Shown here one piece after another: positions 9,401-17,333 of a DNA stretch of 27,476 nucleotides. Position 1 is the stretch's first letter; every line of letters begins with the position of its first letter. Location: assembly GCA_048882045.1 (NCBI GenBank), contig JBHLRZ010000038.1, forward strand, positions 1-27,476. Reading direction: 5' to 3'. The notes under the pieces were generated by a model. It was not told where the DNA came from, searched no databases, and worked only from the letters and a program-made list of their open reading frames with translations. The position numbers and the translations under genes are program-made. This stretch comes from Candidatus Thorarchaeota archaeon. GTDB lineage: Archaea; Asgardarchaeota; Thorarchaeia; Thorarchaeales; Thorarchaeaceae.

Positions 9401-10981
9401 TCATGGCAATGGTGGACTTATAGTTACATCTCTGTTCCACTCGACTTCGAAGCTATACTCGATTATCTTCTTCTCGTTCGGTTCAAGATTCCTCTGCCAC
9501 TCTATAACACCGAGTTCGTGCTTTTTGGGCGCTAGTTTCTCCCAATCCACTTTCACTTCTATCTCAGTATTAACACTGTGCGGAACCCGATCGATGATAT
9601 CTATCTTGATTGGTCTCCTAGAGAAGCTCTGGATTTCCAACCTATAGTTGTAGGACCGCCGCAGTTTTCCTCTAAGGACTCCAGCCTTTTCCATCTCACG
9701 TTCGACCAGCTTTTTCTCAGCCTTCAAATCATAGGCAACCCTTGTACCAATCTTGAACTCCTCGCGTGGTGAGATCTGACCAATCGAAGTTTCACCAATA
9801 TAGTCTCCTTCAGAAAACACCTTCACTCTTCCAGGAAGTATCACATTATCATTGTTTGTGACTTTGTCCTGTGCGACAACCTCCGACATCTCTTCTGCAT
9901 ACCAGTAATGAATGGTTGAGGATTTGAGCTCCTCTTCGATTAATGTCACAGGGTGTTCTTCATAATCGGATGGGATTGACATCTTCTTTGGTAGTTCATA
10001 GACTGCAATTCCAGATACTGTTTCAACTGCCTCTGCGAATTCTTCTATTATCTCTGGAGGCGGTGCTGGGGGCGCAAATCCTGCACCCGGAGCCATTGCT
10101 GATGGTTTTGGTGCTGATCTGTACCTGCGTCTTTCATCTCTAACACCTTTGGTGCGAGCCAACATGGATGGATCATATGCGGTGATATAGAATGGGCTTC
10201 CCTCAATAGCCTCTATTGGTCTTGCTGTGGCTGTGGATATAGTCAGATTAACATCAGACCAGTCTTCTTCTGTCCTGTTTCTTACAAGAGCTAGCCTTCG
10301 AAGGGTTGCTTTCTCTGGATTTAGGTCGACGTCATAACGTGGTGACCAACCAGCTCCACCAGTCTGGTAAGTCACTTCAAGTTCTATCTCTGACGCTGAA
10401 GAAACTTCGAGAGAGACCTCGACTGCCAATGTTGTCACAGTCCTTCTCTCAGCGTTTACCTTTCCTATGTTGTTTCGAATTACCTGTATCTGTACATCTA
10501 GTTCCAAAATCTCTTCGTTCAGTTCTCGCAACTTCTTCTGGATATCACCAACGAGTTTGGTTCCCTTCTTGTCCATTTCAGACATAGATTTGATTTCTCC
10601 CTCATTAGCAGCATAGACCATACCAAAGTGATTTGCAAACTCTGCGACCATGCTATCGACCTGAGCCATCCTGCTTTGCTGAAATGTGATCTCATCCATG
10701 ATCTCTTCTCTTTTCTTCTCAATGTCTTTCAGTTGGTCATAGAGTGTTTTGATGTTAGTTGAAGGTTCAAACACATCTGTTACACTCTGGACATCAATAC
10801 TCGAAAGTTTAGCTGGTCCTTTACCCTTCACTCTGAAGCTATCACTCTGAGTATAGTTGGTTATGTTCTTCACCTGAACTTTGTGCGGTCCAGGTTCAAG
10901 TTTCAATTTACCAATTCTAGTAACACGGGCAGCGTCACGAAATACTGTAACCTTTGAAATTGTAGTTTGAAGGCTTGTCAA
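9401..10981 (-). CDS. DUF4140/DUF4139 domain protein (mucoidy inhibitor MuiA-like family), paralog 1
   Basis: Same motif series: ISKVTVFRDAARVTR, LEVTYQ..AGWSPRYD, NRTEEDWSDVNLTISTA, ILPGRVKVFSEGDYIG, GVIEWQ. TTG start. Confidence 0.88.
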   Translation of the reverse strand: MTSLQTTISKVTVFRDAARVTRIGKLKLEPGPHKVQVKNITNYTQSDSFRVKGKGPAKLSSIDVQSVTDVFEPSTNIKTLYDQLKDIEKKREEIMDEITFQQSRMAQVDSMVAEFANHFGMVYAANEGEIKSMSEMDKKGTKLVGDIQKKLRELNEEILELDVQIQVIRNNIGKVNAERRTVTTLAVEVSLEVSSASEIELEVTYQTGGAGWSPRYDVDLNPEKATLRRLALVRNRTEEDWSDVNLTISTATARPIEAIEGSPFYITAYDPSMLARTKGVRDERRRYRSAPKPSAMAPGAGFAPPAPPPEIIEEFAEAVETVSGIAVYELPKKMSIPSDYEEHPVTLIEEELKSSTIHYWYAEEMSEVVAQDKVTNNDNVILPGRVKVFSEGDYIGETSIGQISPREEFKIGTRVAYDLKAEKKLVEREMEKAGVLRGKLRRSYNYRLEIQSFSRRPIKIDIIDRVPHSVNTEIEVKVDWEKLAPKKHELGVIEWQRNLEPNEKKIIEYSFEVEWNRDVTISPPLP

Positions 10982-11047
10982 ATCTGTTCTCCCTTCTGGG
11001 GAGTGCGCACCAGACCATTTATTCTTTCGTGGAATGGGTATGGTGTC

Positions 11048-12310
11048 CTAGCGACCATTAAACAACGGCAGTATGATGAAGAAGTGACATCCTGGGTGGT
11101 CATCCTTGATCAGTTGGATTGACCCTTTTTCTGACTCTAGGATGGATTTTGTTAGATAGAGTCCCATGCCTTTCCCAGGTTCTCCACTTGTTGTGCCCTT
11201 TTCAAAGAGATTCCTTCTGATCTCTGGATCTATTCCAGGGCCATCATCTCCAAACAGGATCTCGAGTGAATCTCCATTACTCGATATCATTATCTCGACT
11301 TTTGGCCGATCCCCTGCGTGTTGAGCAGAATTACGAAGCAGGTTTTCAAAGGCTATTGCTACAAGTCTTCCATACTTTGGAGGATTTTCCTTTACATCCT
11401 CAGCAGCTTTAATGGTGACTATCATCCCCTTGAATGCGATCTCGGCCCGCTGTGCAATCTTCTCAAGAACTGTCACGATATCCAGGTCAAGCTCTGCTTC
11501 CGTCAGTGAAATCATCTGCAATAAACTTCTCATTCGTTCAGCAGCTGCCAGTGTAGATTCGAGGTGTGCTTTCTGTCTGAATTCTCCCTCTGACATTTGC
11601 GAGAGTTCGATCCCACCAAGAACCATCTGAATGTCATTACCCAGGTCGTGTCGGAGAATCCGTGTGTACATCTCAAGTTCTTTCCTCTTTGCTTCTAGAT
11701 CTCTATTACTCTTGGTTAAGCTCTGTGAGTAGTATTGCTGAGTCCATGAAGTAATCAATAGAAACACAGTAATCAAGAAAGCAACACCTATCGCTTCAAG
11801 TCCCTCTCTGTTATTGATGCCTGGATGATAGATGATTATAATCAAAAGTCCTGCATTCATTAAACCGACAAGGAAGGTCATCTTTCTAGTAGATATCAAT
11901 TGACTTCCGATTAAAGAAGCTATGACTGGCCAAGAGATTACTTGAAATGTGAGAGATGCTCTGCTCCAAACTGGCACAAGAATGAGAATGATAAATGGGA
12001 TTGAGGCGGCAGTGATAATTGTGATCGCTGAGGACAAACGAATATGTTCTGTTCCACTCAATAAGTAGACAAAAGCAATAGCAATTGTGAGAATAGCATA
12101 GATTGGGAAGTTCGGGATAGGATTACTTATGATCTGCAGGAGCGGAAACACACAGATAGCTGTGAGGAGGGTTATCCTGAGGAATCTTGCCTTTCGTTTT
12201 GTCCCTTCATTTTCTATCGTTGACGAAGGTCGGGTCAAAATCCAAGGCAAACCTAGGATGATCTCAAAGAATAGTTTTCCTTTTGATCTAACCTCCTGAT
12301 TTTCCACCAA
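11048..12310 (-). CDS. Membrane-bound sensor histidine kinase
   Basis: About six hydrophobic helices, coiled coil, H-box RHDLGND, N-box FENLLRNSAQH, G1 DDGPGI, F-box LFEKG, G2 GKGMGL. Confidence 0.93.
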   Translation of the reverse strand: MVENQEVRSKGKLFFEIILGLPWILTRPSSTIENEGTKRKARFLRITLLTAICVFPLLQIISNPIPNFPIYAILTIAIAFVYLLSGTEHIRLSSAITIITAASIPFIILILVPVWSRASLTFQVISWPVIASLIGSQLISTRKMTFLVGLMNAGLLIIIIYHPGINNREGLEAIGVAFLITVFLLITSWTQQYYSQSLTKSNRDLEAKRKELEMYTRILRHDLGNDIQMVLGGIELSQMSEGEFRQKAHLESTLAAAERMRSLLQMISLTEAELDLDIVTVLEKIAQRAEIAFKGMIVTIKAAEDVKENPPKYGRLVAIAFENLLRNSAQHAGDRPKVEIMISSNGDSLEILFGDDGPGIDPEIRRNLFEKGTTSGEPGKGMGLYLTKSILESEKGSIQLIKDDHPGCHFFIILPLFNGR

Positions 12311-12440
12311 TGCTCAAAGCTCCATCTATCAAGCATCTGAATAGGCACGTAGCATCCCCTAGCGTGTCTCAGTTCCATTATGGAATGTCAAAGAGGAGGG
12401 TGTACTGGCGGGCTACTCGTTTGCATCCAACAATTACTCG

Positions 12441-12510
12441 TATTATATACATATATAGATATTTTCGACTATCAACAATTATTTTATATTATAGTATATC
12501 TATATTCTAT
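12441..12510. promoter_or_regulatory. Very AT-rich divergent promoter region with an inverted repeat
   Basis: Multiple TATA-like runs; ATATAGATAT (12453-12462) and its reverse complement ATATCTATAT (12496-12505), between divergent genes. Confidence 0.5.
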
Positions 12511-12544
12511 GTGTCGTATTCCCCCTAAATAGGAGTATAAAACA

Positions 12545-12865
12545 ATGAGTCGAAACGGTAGTACACTTCCAAACAAAGTGTCTTGGGGAAAGGTAGAACG
12601 ACCAATGAATAGTTCAAATTCACTTACTTTTATGGAGATTAGGCTTCAATCTATTCGAAAGGCACTGGTTGAGGTAAAGAACAAGAGGTTCAATCTTGAA
12701 CAAGAAATGCGAAATGGACTTGTAGCTGAATCAGACTATGCTTCTTCTCTTCTCAAGCTCATCGTTGAGAGTAACAACCTCACAAAGGAACAGGAAGAAG
12801 TTAGCGAAAGAGTCAAGGATCTGAAGAACAAGAACTCGTTTAGCAGCAGTCTCTACAAGGATTGA
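12545..12865 (+). CDS. Small coiled-coil (helical hairpin) hypothetical protein
   Basis: 106-aa ORF preceded by SD AGGAG, with a heptad pattern and a central L..EMRNGLVAESDY turn. Occupies otherwise empty space. Confidence 0.72.
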   Translation: MSRNGSTLPNKVSWGKVERPMNSSNSLTFMEIRLQSIRKALVEVKNKRFNLEQEMRNGLVAESDYASSLLKLIVESNNLTKEQEEVSERVKDLKNKNSFSSSLYKD

Positions 12866-12888
12866 AAGATACTTGCAGGGAGTCCAAC

Positions 12889-12914
12889 CATAAACTCCTC
12901 ACATAAACTCCTCA
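12889..12914. repeat. 13-bp tandem direct repeat (CATAAACTCCTCA x2)
   Basis: Exact duplication visible in the convergent intergenic gap. Confidence 0.85.
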
Positions 12915-12930
12915 CGTTATTTTGTGAAAT

Positions 12931-13914
12931 TCACTCGTCGTACAAATGACATGCTACCTGTCGTCCATCACCCAGATCCCTAAGAGATGGTTCTTCGTTT
13001 GGACATCTATCGAATGCTTTTGGACATCGCGGATGGAATCGACATCCAGTTGGAGGATTAATCGGACTAGGTATTTCTCCCCTTGGAACGGCTTCGCTTT
13101 TTTGGACTTTCGGATTTGGGATAGGTATCGCACTCATCAGTCCTACAGCATAGGGGTGCAAAGGATCCTCATAGATCCGGTCCCTATCAGCCACCTCAAC
13201 AATCTTCCCGAGATACATAACTGCGATGCGATCACATACATACCTCGCTGTTGCTAAATCATGTGATATGAAGAGGTAGGTCAAATCCAGTTCTTTTTTC
13301 AAATCAAGCATCAGGTCTAGAATTTGCGCCTTGATGGAAACGTCCACCATAGCAACGGGCTCATCTGTTACAACAAACTCTGGATTCAGAATCATGGCCC
13401 TGCCAAAGACGACCCTCTGTTTCTGACCGCCTGACAGCTGATGTGGTAGTCTGTTGTAAAACGAACTTGCAGGTGAGAGGCCCACGCGTTCGAGGATCTG
13501 TTCAGTCTGTTCTCTTCTCTCTTCCGGCGTTCCAATACCTTGGAACCGAAGAGCGTCTGCGATTGCATCTCCGATATTCAGTCTAGGATTAAGTGAGGAT
13601 GTAGGATCCTGAAATGTGAACTGGATTCTTCGCCTCAGCAGTTTTAGCTCCTTTCCCCGAAGATCAGCTATATCCTCTCCATCGTAAATGATTTCCCCAG
13701 TCGTTGGTTTAAGTAATCGAACGCACAGTCTCCCTAGAGTCGTTTTTCCTGAACCACTCTCCCCAGCAAGACCAAGCACCTCCCCCTTCTCAATCTCAAA
13801 AGACACTCCATCGACTGCCCTTACATATTCATGCTCCCGTGAAAAAATCGAATTAAGGAAACCTTTTGTAACCTCGAAGTGCATCTCTACGTTTCTTACC
13901 TCAATTAGTGCCAT
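12931..13914 (-). CDS. dppF: Peptide ABC transporter ATP-binding protein (DppF/OppF)
   Basis: GESGSGKT, FQDPTSSLNP, LSGGQKQR, VTDEP, ISHD, and C-terminal GEIPSPINPPTGCRFHPRCP...ACHLY. Confidence 0.95.
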   Translation of the reverse strand: MALIEVRNVEMHFEVTKGFLNSIFSREHEYVRAVDGVSFEIEKGEVLGLAGESGSGKTTLGRLCVRLLKPTTGEIIYDGEDIADLRGKELKLLRRRIQFTFQDPTSSLNPRLNIGDAIADALRFQGIGTPEERREQTEQILERVGLSPASSFYNRLPHQLSGGQKQRVVFGRAMILNPEFVVTDEPVAMVDVSIKAQILDLMLDLKKELDLTYLFISHDLATARYVCDRIAVMYLGKIVEVADRDRIYEDPLHPYAVGLMSAIPIPNPKVQKSEAVPRGEIPSPINPPTGCRFHPRCPKAFDRCPNEEPSLRDLGDGRQVACHLYDE

Positions 13915-13917
13915 GTT

Positions 13918-14928
13918 TCATTCTCCTCCAAAGAGATGACAAGCAACGAGTCTTCCCTGTCCTGCGTCTAACAATTTCGGTTGGACTGTCTTACAGATAT
14001 CCATTGCGTGTGGACACCTTGGATTGTACATACAACCCGGAGGAGGATCGATTAGGTCGGGAGGTGCACCAGGAATCCAGGCCAGCTCTTTATCAGGCTG
14101 AGTCACGTCTGGAACTGATGCCAAAAGTGCCTTTGTATACGGATGAAGTGGGTCTTCAAACATATCATCTGTTGGAGATAGCTCCATGATTCTCCCAGTG
14201 TACATTATCGCGATATCATCGGCAGTCTGTGCGAGCACACCAAGATTGTGTGTGATGAGTATCAGAGTCAGGTTGAACATATCCTTGAGCTCAGCAATTT
14301 CCTCAAGTATTTGAGCTTCTACAATCACATCAAGAGAGGTCGTAGGTTCGTCAGCAATCAACAACCGTGGTTTCAACACAAGACCCAAACCTATCATGAC
14401 ACGTTGGCGCATCCCGCCGCTAAATTGGTGTGGATAGTCATTGATCCTTTCAGGAAGAATACCAAGACTCTCGAGCATTTTACCCCCCCTCTCAAGAGCT
14501 TCCTCCTCCTCGATTTCAGGAATATGTGCCTGGATAGTTTCAACGAAATGACGGCCTATGTTCAGCATCGGGTTCAGTGAGGTCATAGGGTCTTGGAAGA
14601 TGTATGCAATCTTTTGTCCTCGAAGAGCCCTCATCTCTTTTTCACCGAGATATGTTATGTTCACCTCCCCCTTATTGATGACACCATCTTCAAACTGAAC
14701 ATCCTCATCCAGCGTCAGGAAAATATTTCCGGAAAGAATTTTCCCAGGATGAGGAACAAGTTTGATTATAGATCTTCCCAGAGTTGACTTTCCACAACCG
14801 CTCTCTCCTGCTAAGCCAAGAGTCTTGTTCTCCCATAGATTCAGAGAAACTCCATCCACCCCTCTAGCTGTACCACGACGGGTTTTGTATTCCACTACCA
14901 AGTCTTCAATTCTTAAGAGGTCAGTCAA
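13918..14928 (-). CDS. dppD: Peptide ABC transporter ATP-binding protein (DppD/OppD)
   Basis: GESGCGKS, FQDPMTSLNP, FSGGMRQR, IADEPTT, HPYT...CMYNPRCP...ACHLF. TTG start. Confidence 0.95.
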   Translation of the reverse strand: MTDLLRIEDLVVEYKTRRGTARGVDGVSLNLWENKTLGLAGESGCGKSTLGRSIIKLVPHPGKILSGNIFLTLDEDVQFEDGVINKGEVNITYLGEKEMRALRGQKIAYIFQDPMTSLNPMLNIGRHFVETIQAHIPEIEEEEALERGGKMLESLGILPERINDYPHQFSGGMRQRVMIGLGLVLKPRLLIADEPTTSLDVIVEAQILEEIAELKDMFNLTLILITHNLGVLAQTADDIAIMYTGRIMELSPTDDMFEDPLHPYTKALLASVPDVTQPDKELAWIPGAPPDLIDPPPGCMYNPRCPHAMDICKTVQPKLLDAGQGRLVACHLFGGE

Positions 14929-14933
14929 TGCAT

Positions 14934-16205
14934 CTACTCCCTAAGTTTCGGTGTGAGGATTTCGCTGAGTCCCTCACCAATCAATGTGAATCCAAGAGCT
15001 AGAATGATAATCATTAGTCCGGGAAAAGAAATGAACCACCATGCACGGACAACATTGAGGTTTTGCGAACCAGTTGTGAGGTCTCGACCCCAGTCGGTGA
15101 CATCTATTCCCAATCCAAGCCCAACAAAAGTCAGACCCGCGGCTGTCAGTATGGCATCTGCAAAGTTGATGGACATAACCACCACTGCTGAGGGTAAAAC
15201 ATTAGGCAGGATATACCGAAGGAGTATTTCATGGTTTCTTGCACCCAAAACAACTGCAGCTTCGACATATGGCAGTTCTCTCACTGTAAGGACTTGACTT
15301 CTTACTACTCTGAAGTACGAAGGAATGTACACAACAGCAATAGCCAACGCCATGTTGACTACGCCAGCACCAAGCATTGCAGCGAGAGCAATTGCCAGAA
15401 CCAGACCTGGAAAAGCAAATAGACTGTCCATGACTAGTGAAACGAGTCTGTCGACGATGCCTCCTCTGTATGATGCCAATAGACCTACGGGAATCCCTAT
15501 CGCGACACAGAAAGCCACAGAAAGAGCCGCCACCTGTAACATTACAGCTCCTCCTGCTATAATACGACTGAGAAGGTCTTGACCAAGGTCAGTAGTCCCA
15601 AGTGGAAACCTTGCAGATGGTGGGGCGAGTATACCACCAACATTGATGTCATAGAATGGATCATACGGAACAATCCACATTGATATAACAGTCATATAGA
15701 TAATCAAAAGCACAATTGTAAAGCCTGCGATTGTTATAAGTCCTGCAGAGCCTCTCTCACGTAGAATAGGGTAGCCATGCGTATAGAGGAGCAGAATTAT
15801 TCCAAGTATGACTCCTGCAGTTGATACTTCCACAGTGAAACCTATCCATTCCCCTGGTACGAAAACTAGACCAAGCAAAGCCATCATGTCTGTCATGATT
15901 ACGATTATAAAAGCTGCCAACCAAATTCCCAATCTGCGTTCAGTCCATTTCTTTGTTTTCATCCGTCTGGCTAAAAATGTGGACAACATCAAAAAAATTC
16001 CGAAGCTGAGTGAACCAGCTACAGCCTGAAGTCCTATACCGCTTTTGGATAATGCAGCCAAAGAAATCAGACCGATTAGAAGTGCCACTGCACAGACGAA
16101 AACCGCACCAAAACCTATCCACCATTTCATTGATCGGTGTCGAAGAGACTCCCTCATTGGACCTAGGCGTAGAAAGATACCCCTTACAGTCGAGTTTTGC
16201 TCCAT
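14934..16205 (-). CDS. dppC: Peptide ABC transporter permease (DppC/OppC) with N-terminal membrane extension
   Basis: PLGTTDLGQDLLSR, YVEAAVVLGA EAA loop, ILPNVLP, WWFISFPG, LIGEGL. Confidence 0.93.
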   Translation of the reverse strand: MEQNSTVRGIFLRLGPMRESLRHRSMKWWIGFGAVFVCAVALLIGLISLAALSKSGIGLQAVAGSLSFGIFLMLSTFLARRMKTKKWTERRLGIWLAAFIIVIMTDMMALLGLVFVPGEWIGFTVEVSTAGVILGIILLLYTHGYPILRERGSAGLITIAGFTIVLLIIYMTVISMWIVPYDPFYDINVGGILAPPSARFPLGTTDLGQDLLSRIIAGGAVMLQVAALSVAFCVAIGIPVGLLASYRGGIVDRLVSLVMDSLFAFPGLVLAIALAAMLGAGVVNMALAIAVVYIPSYFRVVRSQVLTVRELPYVEAAVVLGARNHEILLRYILPNVLPSAVVVMSINFADAILTAAGLTFVGLGLGIDVTDWGRDLTTGSQNLNVVRAWWFISFPGLMIIILALGFTLIGEGLSEILTPKLRE

Positions 16206-16216
16206 CTTCTCTCCCT

Positions 16217-17233
16217 CTATAATCTTATTCTTGGATCAAGATACGCATAGATCAGGTCTACAACTAGACTCACAAGGCTCACTAAAAGGCCAAAAAGTAC
16301 AACAGCACCTTGAATAGCTGTGTAATCTCGCTGGTTGATCCTACCCACAAGATAGCTGCCCATGCCATCAATACTGAATGTGGTTTCAGTGAGAATAGCA
16401 CCTGCAAGGAGTGCGGCAACCTGTAATCCAATCATTGTCAAGATCGGAAGAAATGCATTCTTCAAGGCGTATCCGTATGTTACTGTCCTCTCTGATAATC
16501 CCCTCGCCTGAGCGGCAATGACAAAGTCAGTCCTTAAAGTTTCCATCATATTGGTGCGGGTCAATCTAATGAAAATGCCGCATAGAACTGTTCCCAGAGC
16601 GATTGAAGGCAGGATGAGATAGCTCAACCCTAGCAGGAATCCGAAGAGGTTTCCAGTAAGTAGACTGTCGATTGTTATCATTCCAGTGATTCTCGGAGGT
16701 TTTAGGTAATCATAATGTGAGTCCCATGACCCTCCTGTTGGTAGCCAGTTCAACCAGATTCCAAAGATGAATTGAAGAACCATTCCCAAGAAGAAAACAG
16801 GAACTGCATATGTGATGATCCCGAAAAGTCTAATTGAGTGATCACTGGCTGAATCATAGTTCTTCGATGCTTTCACACCAAGCGCTACTCCGAGTAGGAT
16901 GGCGAAGAGTATAGAGTACAGACTCAACTCCAAAGTCACTGGGAAGCGTGAGATTAGGTGGTCAGTGATGGGCGAGGAATCTTGCATCGAGAGACCAAGG
17001 TCCCCACGGAACAATCCAAACAGATAGTCGAAGTATTGTTCGAGGAGAGGTTTGTTGAGACCCAACGGCTCTTTGAACGCCCAAAGCTGCTCTGGAGTAA
17101 CTTGTCTATCAAAGTGGAGAAGAGCAGGGTCTCCCGGGAGGATTCTTATTATGATAAACACAAATGTGAGAAGAAACATGATCATTGGAATCGTCAGCAG
17201 TATACGGCTTGCTACATAAGACCTCAAAGTCAT
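16217..17233 (-). CDS. dppB: Peptide ABC transporter permease (DppB/OppB)
   Basis: LPGDP, LGLNKPLLEQYF, DFVIAAQARGL, C-terminal YLDPRIRL. Confidence 0.95.
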   Translation of the reverse strand: MTLRSYVASRILLTIPMIMFLLTFVFIIIRILPGDPALLHFDRQVTPEQLWAFKEPLGLNKPLLEQYFDYLFGLFRGDLGLSMQDSSPITDHLISRFPVTLELSLYSILFAILLGVALGVKASKNYDSASDHSIRLFGIITYAVPVFFLGMVLQFIFGIWLNWLPTGGSWDSHYDYLKPPRITGMITIDSLLTGNLFGFLLGLSYLILPSIALGTVLCGIFIRLTRTNMMETLRTDFVIAAQARGLSERTVTYGYALKNAFLPILTMIGLQVAALLAGAILTETTFSIDGMGSYLVGRINQRDYTAIQGAVVLFGLLVSLVSLVVDLIYAYLDPRIRL

Positions 17234-17267
17234 GATAAATCACCATAATTATTGAAAGAAAACATAG

Positions 17268-17319
17268 GTGCTACCATCCTTCATTGAACCCCAATTAGGT
17301 TTCTTCAGGACGATAGCAC
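17268..17319 (-). terminator. Intercistronic stem-loop with an internal tandem-GA motif after dppA of operon 2
   Basis: Minus-strand RNA GUGCUAUCGUCCU pairs with AGGAUGGUAGCAC (13 bp, 2 G-U) and is followed by UUUUCUUUC. Confidence 0.6.
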
Positions 17320-17333
17320 GCACCATTTAGATG

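Noticed and set aside
12310-12528. 72-aa plus-strand ORF in the AT-rich gap
   Set aside because: Its Ile/Tyr-rich translation merely reflects AT-rich promoter DNA, and it overlaps the kinase start.
12545-12865. ESCRT-III/PspA-like assignment for the small coiled-coil protein
   Set aside because: Too short, lacks the multi-helix architecture, and no Vps4/ESCRT genes are nearby.
12889-12914. CRISPR array or mobile-element end
   Set aside because: Only two adjacent 13-bp copies with no spacer, and no cas, transposase or integrase gene.
14660-14720. Short insertion (LTLDEDVQFEDGVINKG) in the operon 2 DppD
   Set aside because: Falls in a variable loop after Walker A, with no intein or other recognisable motif.
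17268-17319. SECIS element interpretation of the GA/GA hairpin
   Set aside because: AUGA is on the 3' arm rather than the 5' arm, the upstream gene ends in TAA, and no gene here shows an in-frame TGA at a Cys-equivalent position.
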